In this document: positions 8,515 to 18,949 of the stretch, one piece after another
How the letters are laid out: each line of letters starts with the position of its first letter
Numbering within the stretch: position 1 is the stretch's first letter
Source: Chiloscyllium plagiosum
Lineage: Eukaryota
Length of the DNA: 26,474 nucleotides
Assembly: GCF_004010195.1 (NCBI RefSeq)
Contig: NC_057752.1
Coordinates: 15,643,031 to 15,669,504 of the forward strand
Direction of reading: 5' to 3'
The notes under the pieces: generated by a model
The model's input: the letters and a program-made list of their open reading frames with translations, nothing else
Database searches by the model: none
What the model was told of the DNA's origin: nothing
Program-made: the position numbers and the translations under genes

Positions 8515-10375
8515 GCTGTTGTTAGAAGCATCGAGTGTATGCAGATTTCTATTAACGACTCCGCCGTCTCCAACCTTGCAAAGGGAGAGATGATAAAGAT
8601 CAAACTTGACCTGCTGTGTGGACTTGCCATTGCCAGCATTGGTGCACAAGAAGGGACAGTTTACCTGTGCGATCCTGAGCAAACAGAGACTGTGTACCAA
8701 CTATGTCAGAAAGATGTCCTTGTGTGCCAAGAGATTGAATGTTACCAAGAATGACTATTGCAGTGGTCAACTGCATCAAAAACATTGACCAGTTCATTTA
8801 CAGACCACGTCTAAATGGTCTTTACTCTTTAAAGGTGTTGTGTGACAGTTTGATTTCATTTGTACTATGGGCATCCCTGGTAAGCCTTGTCGCCTTTCAG
8901 ATAGATCACGTAGTAAAAGAGACAAAGGGGGGTTTTTATCCTTCACTAACAATTTGTTTCTAGAAAGCCATAACATATTTGGAGAGGATGAAGTAGTTTG
9001 TTATGTCCTTACTTCAGCAACAGACTCCCTGACCCCTTTTACCTTCTAAGTCCTAACATGGGGGTATAGAATAGTTCTAAATTATGTACAGGATTATGGA
9101 CTTCCTCCAATAAATCCACGATATCCTATCCAAATTGCTACAATGGTAAGGGATGGGGGGTGCGCTATGTCAAAGTGCCTAAAATTATCCCCTGTGCTCT
9201 GGTAAAATGTATCAGTCGTCACTGCTTCCCTAAAGGAGCTCGCAACTCGTGCGTATGCCTTAAGGAGGAATGTGTTTATATTACCACTACTATTCAAACC
9301 CTTTGTGGGGTGGGTAGCAACACCCACCTTCATTATGATACCTCTAATGGCACTAATATTTTCCCAATTATTGGATGGGTAGAAACATTCTGGGATATTG
9401 ACCACGTCTCTTATCAAGAGACCCACCTCATTCGACTAAATGATTTTCAGTCTTTACGTTCGGGACCAAACAAATAATCATGGATTACCCAGATACTCCA
9501 GGAAGTCACAAAAATAGGCCCGCTTCTTATTGGGAAGGTCCCTCCGTTATCTATACTAAACCTGGATATTATTTTTTCAGTGATAATAACGCATCTAAAT
9601 ACCTTGTCCCGAATAGAAGAAGTACTCCTCGTGTTGTAGCGGTAGGAACACTATTTCCAACTACTGTTGCCTGTCCACTTGCCTGGCAACGAGATTCAAA
9701 TTCCCCTGTTAAACATTCAGTTTCTCCTGACTTTTGTGCAGATTGGAAGAATCCAAAGGCCATATCAAGAAGTAAAACTCACTCATTGGCATATGCGGCT
9801 CTTAGTGTTCTTTCTGTAGGAGGGTCATCAGGAATTATTAGTCATCAAAACCGTAATTCCGTAATTAATCTCATTTGTGGACTCACGATTTTGGGAAATG
9901 AGACAACTGTTGTCCTAATAGAAATTAGTGACATACTTTCAGAATTGTGCCTATTTACCCAACAAAACCGCTGTGCACTCGATTACATGCTTGTGAAAGA
10001 ACGTGGAGTTTGTGCAATAGTCAAAGGAAAGTGCAACATGGAGGTCACTAATTTTATCGAAAACATTACTAGACATATAGATAATATCCACACTTTTGTC
10101 AACCAAATGAATGAAGGTGCATGATTGGGTTTTGGCTCATGGTACAACTGGCTAATCAATATGGCTATATATGCTGTTATTGTTTGAGTTGGTATTTTGC
10201 TGGTATTGCTATTGTTAACTGTATTATTGCTAAAATGTTAGATTCTATTGACATCATTGGTTCCACCCAGAAAATACTTCTCCACTCAGCTGATGGTGAG
10301 GAAGCACCAGTGCCTGCCCCGGGTTACTCTTCGGAGGAAGAGAAAGTTTGGCAGTCATTCGCTGCCATCAAATTG
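8515..10375 (+). pseudogene. env: Retroviral-type envelope glycoprotein (SU-TM) pseudogene with filovirus GP2-like TM
   Basis: Pieced from ORFs 8539-8754, 8867-9049, 9160-9477, 9480-10124 and 10121 onward. Shows a Cys-rich SU, a degenerate cleavage site PVKH (9705-9716), a hydrophobic fusion segment SLAYAALSVLSVGG, ISD-like QQNRCALDYML, CAIVKGKC, a Trp-rich membrane-proximal region and a hydrophobic anchor at about 10140-10235. Several stops and frameshifts. Confidence 0.85.
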
Positions 10376-10572
10376 NNNNNNNNNNNNNNNNNNNNNNNNN
10401 NNNNNNNNNNNNNNNNNNNNNNNNNNNNNNNNNNNNNNNNNNNNNNNNNNNNNNNNNNNNNNNNNNNNNNNNNNNNNNNNNNNNNNNNNNNNNNNNNNNN
10501 NNNNNNNNNNNNNNNNNNNNNNNNNNNNNNNNNNNNNNNNNNNNNNNNNNNNNNNNNNNNNNNNNNNNNNNN
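10376..10572. other. Assembly gap (197 N) hiding the env end, PPT and start of the 3' LTR
   Basis: Run of N. Confidence 1.
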
Positions 10573-10776
10573 TAAATAATGTGTAATTTTCGAATGTAAT
10601 TGCGCCATTTCTCCAGGGAACACAAAAGCTTTTAACCTTCGTGTTGCTGGACAAATCTGCGTGAGGCTGCTTTAATTAATTAAACTGGCAATTTTGCTTT
10701 AAACAGACTATACTCCTCGTGATTCTTTTGACCGATCTCGAACCAAGAGGCCCCTGTGGAAGGGTCTAGATCTTCA
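10573..10776 (+). repeat. Visible part (probably R-U5) of the 3' LTR of the env-bearing element
   Basis: Non-coding, with candidate poly(A) signal ATTAAA at 10679-10684. Ends in the terminal inverted repeat and CA. Confidence 0.6.
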
Positions 10777-10780
10777 GTCT

Positions 10781-13228
10781 CACCTCAGGTACAAGAAAAA
10801 AGGTAGATGGGTTACAGTCAAGGGGATGGAAAGGGAACAGGCAGTGAGTGCTGGGATTTGCTGTGGCCATCGCCTCTACAGTAAATATACTATTTTGGAT
10901 ACTATTGCGGGGTGGGGATTGTCTACCAGGGGAAAGCTATAGTGGCCAGTTTTCTGGGAGAGAATAGAAAAGTGCTAATCGCAGGGAACTCAATAGTGAG
11001 AGAAATGGACAGGAGATTTTGAGGTTGCGATCGGGATTCCGGGAAGGTATGTTCCAGGGTCAGGGATGTCTCTGATCGTGTCTACAAGATTATGAAGTGG
11101 GAGGGTGAGCAGCCCAGAAATCATGGTGCGCATTGGCACCAATGACACAGCTAGGAAAAAGAATGAGGGTCTAAAAAGTGACTTCAGGGAGTTAGGTTGG
11201 AAACTAAAAAGCAGGACAAGCAGAGTAGTAATCTCAGGATTACTACTGGTGCCACGTGCTTGCGATGCGAGGAACAGGGAGCGACTGCAGTGAAACACGT
11301 GACGACAAGGCGGTTGCAGGAGGGAGGGCTTCAGATACATAGATTACTGGGGTACCTTCTGGGGAATGTGGGACCTGTTCATGAAGAATGGGCTACACAT
11401 AAACTAGAGGGGAACCAATGTCCTGGGTGGGAAATTTGTGAAACACTTTGGGAGGTCTTAAACTAGTTTGGTAGAGTGATGGGAATCAGAGCTACAGATC
11501 AGAGGAGAGGGTAGTTGTTGAAGCGGCACAAATAGAATGCAGAGAATCTGTCAGGAAGGATACAGAGTTGTTAGGCCAAATGGATGGGTTAAAGTGTGTC
11601 TGTTTCAATGCAAGGAGTGTCAGGAATTAGTGGTGAAATTGGAGCATGGATCAGTACTTGGAAATACGGCATTGTAGTCATAATGGAGACATGGATTTCA
11701 AAGGAAGAGGAATGGATGCTGAATAACCATGGAGAGGGTTATGAACTAACAGTATGGGAAGGTCTTTTATAACGAACAGGAGGGAGGAGCATTATTAATT
11801 CAAGAGTGCATCGCAAATGCAGAAAAGGAGGTTGTTGAGGAGGGTTTGTCTTCTGAGTCAGTATGGGTGGAAGTCAGTAAAACGAAAGGAGGAGTCACTT
11901 CATTTGGTGCTTTCTATAGCATCCCTCCCCACCCCGCCCCAAATAGAAGCAGAGAGATGGAAATACAGATTGGACAGCCGATCTTGGAAGGGTGCAGATG
12001 AAACAGAGTTGTTGTTATGGGCGACTTCAACATCCCTAGTATTGATTGGAACCTCCATAATGCAGATGGTCTGAATGAGGCCAATTTTATCAGGTGTGTC
12101 CAGGAAGGATTCCTGACTCAATATGTAGATTCGCCAGCTAAGGGGTGGCCATATTGGTTTATGTGCTCGGTCCCCAGCCAGGCCAGATGCCAGATCTCTT
12201 GGTCAGACAGCATTTCGGTGAAAGTGACCACAACTGCCTCACATTTACCATAACCATGGAGAGGGTTATGAAATAACAGTATGGGAAGGTATTTAATTCG
12301 GGGAGGGGAAATTATACTGCTATTAGACAGGAGCTGTGGATTATAAATTCGGAATAATTGTTTTATGGGAAATGCACAATATAAATGTGGAGATTTATGA
12401 AGGAGCAGTTGTTGAACAACTGTTTCCCACTGTTACAGGCAAGGAATGATAAGGTGGCGAAGCCTTGGATGACAAGAGAAGAGGAGAAGGTTGAGCAAGC
12501 AAGGATCTGGCACAGCTTTACACGATTACAGGGTGGCGAGGAAAGAACGCAAAAAATGGACTGAGGAGACCGAGGAGGATGCACGAAAATGCCTGGGCAA
12601 GAAGGAGTAGGGAAAACTCAAAGGCATTCTATACTTACGTGAGGAATAAGCGGATGATCGGAGAGAGGGTAGGGCCAATCAGGGATAGTGGAGGGAACTT
12701 ATGGCTGGAGTGTGAAGAGATAGGGGAGGCCCTAAATGAGATTTTTGTTTCAGAGGGATCTTGTTGATAGTGAGAACAACGTGGACCAGATTAATAGGCT
12801 TTAACAGATTGATATTAAGGAAGTGGATGTGCTGGAAATTCTGTGAAGCATTAAGATAGTACCAGATATATCCAAGGAGTAGTACTGGATGATTGGAGGG
12901 AGGTGAATATTGTTCCTCTATTCAAGAAAGGGAAAAGGGAAATCTCTAGGAATTACAGACCAGTCAGTCTTATGTCTGTAATAAACTAGGTAGTGGAAAG
13001 ATTCTGGGAGATAGGATTTATAACTATTTGGAAAAACATAGTTTGATTAGAGATAGTCAATGTTGCATTGTGAGGGGCAGGTCATGCCTCTCAAGCCTTA
13101 CTAAGTTCTTGGCGAATGTGACAAGACAGGTTGACAAAGGTCGAGCAGTGTATGTGGTGTATATGGGTTTCAGTAATGCATTTAATAATATACCCCACGG
13201 TATGCTCATTCAGAAGGTGAGGAGGTAT
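10781..13228 (+). mobile_element. CR1 LINE continuation: ORF1 SGNH esterase domain and ORF2 (APE endonuclease, RT N-terminal part), decayed
   Basis: GRWVTV follows the junction; VRIGTNDTARK...SRVVISGLLLVP (esterase); LKCVCFNARSVRN at about 11590; MGDFNIPSIDW; PLFKKG...NYRPVSL; VRGRSCLSSL...AVYVVYMGFSNAF. Confidence 0.85.
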
Positions 13229-13822
13229 AAGCCCTGTCCTCATTTGCCTTTCCAAAATGCAGCACCTTACATTTATCTAAATTAAACTCCATCTGCCACT
13301 CGTCGGCCCATTGGCCCACCTTAAAAAGGCCCCATTGTACTCTGAGATAACCTTCTTTATGTCCACTACACTACCAGTTTTGGTATCATCTGCAAAGTTA
13401 CTAACCATTCCTCCCATATTCATATCCAAATAATTTATACAAATGACAAAAAACAGTGGACCCAGCACTGATCCTCGCAGCACACCACTGGTCACAAGCC
13501 GCAAGCCTGAAAAAAAATCCTCCATCACCACCCTGTGTCTCCTACTTTCGAGCCAATTTTGTATCCATACAGTTCGTCCTCTCTGGATTCTAACCTTGCT
13601 AACCAGTCTAACATGTGGAACCTTTTTGAAGGCCTTGCTGAAGTCCATATAGGCAACTCCCACCACTCTGCTTTCATCAATCTTCTTTGTCACATCTTAA
13701 AAAAAATCAATAGAGTTAGTGAGACATGATTTCCCACACACAAAGTTTTGTTGAATCTTCCTGATCAGTTGTTGCCTTTCCGAATACATGTGGATCCTGG
13801 CCCTCAGAATCCCATTTAAGAA
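13229..13822 (-). mobile_element. CR1 RT fragment in inverted orientation
   Basis: AYMDFSKAFKKVPH...TSGVLRGSVLGPLFFVICIN...FADDTK (ORF 13277-13693). Confidence 0.85.
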
Positions 13823-13827
13823 ACTAG

Positions 13828-14548
13828 GCAGTAGATTGAAAAGTATTTCATCAATGATATGAACATTTGGCTTACTCTCAGTGCCACATGCTGGTGAGGA
13901 TAGGAGCAGGACAATAGAGCAGATGAATGCGAGGCTGAGGGGCTGGTGCATGGGGCAGGGATTCGCATTTTTGGATCATTGGAATCTCTTCTGGGGCAGA
14001 CATGATCTGTATAAGAAGGATGATTTGCACTTGAATTGGAAAGGGCCCAATATACTGAAGGGGAGATTTGCTTGTGCTACTCAGGAGGCTTTAAACGAAT
14101 GGGAAAAGTGGAGCCGGGATGGTGGGAGCAGAGTCAAGAGATAGTGAGAAAAGAGATAAGTCTGAGGTTGGTACAGTTGAGAAGAGGAGCAAGTCAAATA
14201 GTCAAGGTAGGCAAGAGCAAGGCAGAGATTAGGGTAAGATGGATGATTCAAACTGCATTTATTTCATTGCAAGAGGCATGTGAGGTCAGGCAGATGAACT
14301 CAGGGCATTGTTGGGAACATGGGACTGGGATATCATAGCTATGACAGAAATGTAGCTCAGGGAAAGGCAGAACTGGCAGCTTAATGTATCAGAGTATCAG
14401 CGCTAAAAGAAGGATAGAACAGTGGGGTAGGTAAGGAGGGGGGATTGGCATTTTTGGTTTGGAATAACATTCCAGCTGTATTTAGGGAGGACATCCTGGG
14501 AGTACAGCCAGTGAAGTTATTTGGGTGGAACTGAGAAATAGGAAAGAG
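13828..14548 (+). mobile_element. CR1 LINE fragment (ORF1 esterase end, ORF2 endonuclease start)
   Basis: MNARLRGWCMGQGFAFLDHWNLFWGRHDLYKKDDLHLN, then NCIYFIAR...WDWDIIAMTE. Confidence 0.8.
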
Positions 14549-15432
14549 TCTTATTTGTCTTCAGCATGTGGAGATTGTATTGACATGATGTCGTCTTCAT
14601 ACTGACAGTGAAGGGAAGTTTGGAAAGTGCGTGAATGGGTGGAAACAGAAGAACATGTTAACAGTGTTATACACAGATGAGAACACAGATAACAGTGTGC
14701 CAAATGCTAAGTGACTGTGCTACAACAAATAGACAACCTGCTGTGATATTATAGAACTCAGAACTTTACTAACTGTTCAAGGATTGAAAGAATCAACAAA
14801 AGTGAAACTGTTGCATGTGTAAAGAAACAGCGATGACTCACTTTCTGGAAGAAACTGTTAAAGGACAAGGAAAAACTTATCCAGGAATTGGAAGCAATTA
14901 GCCACATCCAAAAGGAACCAAGTTACAGTCAAAAAGACGACAGGAATGTCATCAATATTGTGGCTGCAAGGACGTTTAAAAATCGCCAAGAATATCACAC
15001 ATTGATAGACGGACGAAAATCTGCTTCAGAATCGTACACCAGAAATCCCACATTAACAGAACTTCAAAGAACAACGTTGTACAAGGATTGAACCCTGAAT
15101 ACTTCCAGAGACAGACACCATTAGTGAGAATCATGGCCAAGTTCCACCATTAATTGGGTAACAGCCAAGTTCAGTTGTGAGGCTTAACTTGCTAACTTGA
15201 GGGGATATACTTTGTTTGCTACATGCAATAAAGGTCAAATCACTGTTTCGGTACTTGGTTGTCTGTGAGACTTCTTCTAAAGGAACTAAATTAAAGGTAG
15301 CCTGTGGTGTATTACCCACAATACTGTGTGTGCAGTCATTCCCTGACAGCCAGTCCCCACGTTATAAATAGGTTTCATTCTTGAGGATGTTTCACAGTCG
15401 ATTTATATGTGGTTTGGAACGCAATTCACAAT

Positions 15433-15680
15433 AGGTTGGCATGGTGGCTTAGTGTTTAGCACTGCTGCCTTACAGCATCAGGGTCCTAGGTTCAATTCCA
15501 GCATCAGGCAACTATTGGTGTGGAGTTTGCACATTCTCTCTGTGTCTGTGGGGGTTTCCTCGTACAGGCCAGGTGCATTAGTCAGAGGAAAATGGGTCTG
15601 GGTGGGCTATCCTTCGGAGGGTTGGTGTGGACTTGTTGGGCCAAAGGGCCTCTTTCCACACTGTAGGGAATCTACTCTAA
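15433..15680 (+). mobile_element. HE1-like V-SINE with internal deletion
   Basis: A box GGTGGCTTAGTGTTTAGC, B box GGTTCAATTCC, V-domain GTGTGGAGTTTGCACATTCTC, and tail GGGCCTCTTTCCACACTGTAGGGAATCTA. Confidence 0.85.
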
Positions 15681-15980
15681 GACCTTTTACGCAGATGGTG
15701 ATGGCTGGCATGAGGGGACATAGCTTTAAATTGAGGGGTGATAGGTTTAGGATAGACGTCAGACGTAGTTTCTTTACTCAGAGAGTAGTCGGGGCATGGA
15801 ACACACTGACTGCAACAGTGGTAGATTTGCCAACTCTAAGGGCATTTAAATGGTTATTGGATAGACATATGGATGATAATGGAATAGTGTTCGGATAGTT
15901 GGGCTTCAGATTGGTTCCACATGTCAGCGCAACATCGAGGGCTGAAGGGCCTGTACTGCGCTGTAATGTTCCATGCTCTA
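15681..15980 (+). mobile_element. CR1/HER1-like LINE extreme 3' end
   Basis: RGHSFKLRGDRFRIDVRRSFFTQRVVGAWN, with 3' UTR ...GGGCCTGTACTGCGCTGTAATGTTCCATGCTCTA. Confidence 0.85.
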
Positions 15981-17039
15981 GAACAATCAAACATAGCTGT
16001 TCATAAGTAAGACCAAACATCCCTGTGTCGATCTCCTAAACTTATACCAGCACACCTCTGTACAGGATCATATTCGGACTTACAACAATGAAATAACGGT
16101 CAGAGTGCCAGATCCTCCCAATGCTGCATGATCATTGACCCTGGCTATTCCACTCCGGTCAGTGACCACACTCAGACCCATTCTGTATTGTGAGATCCTC
16201 CCACAATATTCTTCCATTCTATCCTGCTTTGTGAGAACAGCACACAGTTCTCCGGTAATTCAATAACTTCATAATGAAGAGAAATCTCTGTGAGACCAGA
16301 CCAATTCAGGGAACAGAACCTATCCACAGCCATCAGACAGTGAATTTGACAGAATGATTTTACTGACTGTTGAGTTGGGATGACTCACTCAGCCATGTTC
16401 AGTCTCAGTGTGACAGCAGGAAACAAGCCCCACATTGATTCAGGCAAGTTGAAGAATTCTAGTCATTTTTAATCAACCTGCACAGAGATGTAGACAGGCC
16501 TGTTTTAGTTCAGGGGTAGGGACACATTAAGATGTTAGGGTATGATAAAGGGATAATGACATTCGAAGACTGGACACAAAAACATTGAACCCAGAGAGAC
16601 CACACCCCCAGATACGCAATTGTGCGTTGTCTCTACCGACAGAAATGTGAAATATTCACCCAAACCCGAAATAACACTTTGGCAGTCACCTCATTCCCTC
16701 TTCTGCTTTGGATACTTTTTGTTTGTATTTTCAAGCCGGCGATATTTTGACAAAAGTCTCTCATGGGTCTTGTTGGTCTTTCTTCTGTGATCAAATCTGC
16801 ACTTGTGTTGATTCTTTTGGGAAAAACTTGAAGTTTTCCAATCAGTAATTACTCATCGATTATCCATTTGTTAAAGGATAGATTTGTTAGAGAAAACATG
16901 ATTGCTGTTTTCTTGCTATTTTATTTTAAATTTTATTCTGGGAAATGGTTTCTTCATCTTAGATGGAGATCAATGAGATATTGACCATCTGTACGTATTT
17001 CATATTTGAGATGACATGTGGATGAGTGTATCTTGATTC

Positions 17040-17690
17040 CCAGTGCAATCATGTCTGTGACACTATTCTTAATCCATGGTGATACATTACCAGCAATCCT
17101 GAACACATTCATATTGTTTCCCGTGAGGCACGTTATCAAAAACCTTTTGATAATCCAAATACACCACATCCACTGCTTCACCACATCAACTCTGTCAGTA
17201 ACATCTGCAGGAATTCCTCTCAGTTCCCTCCCCTTCACAATTCCATGCTGCCTGTGCTGAATCAGAGAATAGTTTTCTACTTGTAAAATAATTGAATGCT
17301 GTAAAATAATGGCTTGCTTTGCAATAAATTAATCACCTTCCCAGTGACTAAGGTTGGGTTTACAGATCTGCCACTTTTATTAGCCAACCTTTCTTAAACA
17401 ATGATGGAGCCTTTTCAAAATGCTGAATACCTGTCCACATTGAGATATCGATATCACTTGAAATGTGATGATCAATGTACATGGTGGAAAACTTCATGTG
17501 ATAATCACTCTCTCTGTCGACATGTGTTTCAACTCTCTCAGGCAAAGGCCAGCGGGTCCCCTGAAAGTGTCAACTTTCAGTTCCACACTTCACTGGATCA
17601 CTGAATTGTGCTTGTTTTAGGGAGGGTTCCTGTGTCTTTTACTGTTAAGACAGACACAAATGACTTATTTCCCTTCTCTGCTGCTTCTCT
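17040..17690 (-). mobile_element. Old, highly decayed CR1 ORF2 fragment
   Basis: Frameshifted remnants: DVTDRVD...VDVVYLD-like (17120-17210), LFKKG (about 17385-17402), NKSFVSVLTVKDT (about 17630-17670). Confidence 0.55.
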
Positions 17691-17739
17691 CCTTCCGATT
17701 ATACATGTCTGTCTCTTCACGGAATTGACCCACATCAGT

Positions 17740-18040
17740 CTTTCTGAATCTGTTTGCCTGAACATTGTGCAAACATCAGCCAACATTCATCCCTCTGACA
17801 TTATGGTGGACGCAGTGTAAAATGTTTGGGCCTGAGACACTACACTGAGGCAATCCTGCAGCGATGTCGTAGAGTGAGTTACCCACCCCCCAAACAACTA
17901 CAACCATCTTCCATTGTCTTCCATGAGGCTCCAAACAGAGGAGAGATTGCACCCCACCCACAGCCCGACTCACATTGACTCCAGTTTTGTAGTGGCTCTT
18001 TCCTACAAATTGCCAATTGTCTCCTTGATGTCAAGGACAG
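17740..18040 (-). mobile_element. Old non-LTR (CR1/L2-group) RT fragment
   Basis: DIAAGLPQCSVSGPNIL (equivalent to GVPQGSVLGP), LDIK motif at about 18020-18040, and a degenerate ADD-type motif at about 17770-17785. Confidence 0.55.
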
Positions 18041-18284
18041 TCACTCTGACCTGTTCTCCAGTGTTTGTAATATGAAGAGGAAAAAAATAACATGGTGATC
18101 TACGTAAAGATAGGATCGGGAAAATTTCCACCTGAATGATTTCATAACTTTAGCGATAGATGAGTAGGAAATCTGCTGTCTGGTAAGAATTAATGCAGTT
18201 AGTAAAGCTAAGTGTACCGAATGAACCAAGGCTGTATAAGGTTCAAACCTTATACAGCCTTGTTTTAGAAAAGTGCAAACATAG

Positions 18285-18899
18285 AAGGCATATGGCGTAC
18301 TGGCTTTTATTGGTAGAGGAATTGAGTTCCAGAGTACTGAGGTCATTTGCAGTTGTATAAAACTCTGGTGCGGCCGCATCTGGAGTATTGTGTGCAGTTT
18401 TGGTCGCCATACTATAGGAAGGATGTGGAGGCACCGGAACGGGTGCAGAGGAGGTTTACCAGGGTGTTGCCTGGTATGGTAGAAAGATCGTATGAGGAAA
18501 GGCTGAGGCACTTGGGGTTGTTTTCATTGGAGAAAAGAAGGTTTAGGGGGTGACTTGATAGAGGTGTACAAGATGATTAGGGGTTTAGATAGAGTCGACA
18601 GTGAGAATCTTTTTCCACGTATGGAGTCAGCTATTACAAGGGGGCATAGCTTTAAATTAAGGGGGGGTAGGTATAGGGCAGATGTTAGGGGTAGGTTCTT
18701 TACTCAGCGAGTCGTGAGTTCATGGAATGCCCTGCCAGTAGCAGTGGTGGACTCTCCCTCATTATGGGCATTTAAGCGGGCATTGGATAGGCATATGGAG
18801 GATAGTGGGCTAGTGTAGGTTAGGTGGGCTTGGATCGGCTCAACATCGAGGGCCAAAGGGCCTGTACTGCGCTGTATTCTTCTATGTTCTATGTTCTAT
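18285..18899 (+). mobile_element. Young CR1/HER1-like LINE 3' end
   Basis: [23 protein letters not shown]...RGHSFKLRGGRYRADVRGRFFTQRVVSSWNALP; tail (TTCTATG)n; one frameshift in a G run near 18546-18550. Confidence 0.9.
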
Positions 18900-18949
18900 A
18901 GTTGACAGAGAGCCAGGGCAGAAAGGTTTTAATTTTGACATGTTTAAGA

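Larger units (their letters stand above)
8491..10776 (+). mobile_element. Internally deleted endogenous retrovirus / LTR element retaining env
   Basis: Starts TGAGGATCTA and ends TAGATCTTCA (9/10 inverted repeat, TG...CA), flanked by GTCT at 8487-8490 and 10777-10780. Removing it restores the CR1 ORF1 frame (DVVSPQVQEK). Contains env; no gag/pol seen. Confidence 0.85.

Noticed and set aside
8515..10375. Domesticated syncytin-like gene
   Set aside because: Multiple stops and frameshifts, no start codon or full signal peptide, and a mutated SU/TM cleavage site; this copy cannot encode a full Env.
8491..10776. Directly endogenised filovirus gene (non-retroviral EVE)
   Set aside because: TG...CA inverted termini and a 4-bp TSD indicate integrase-mediated insertion. 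I see no poly(A) tail and no other filoviral genes.
14560..15200. A-rich stretch with ORF 14888-15091, faintly gag-like (VQGLKESTKVKLL, QYCGCK)
   Set aside because: Motifs are too degenerate to support a call without a profile search.
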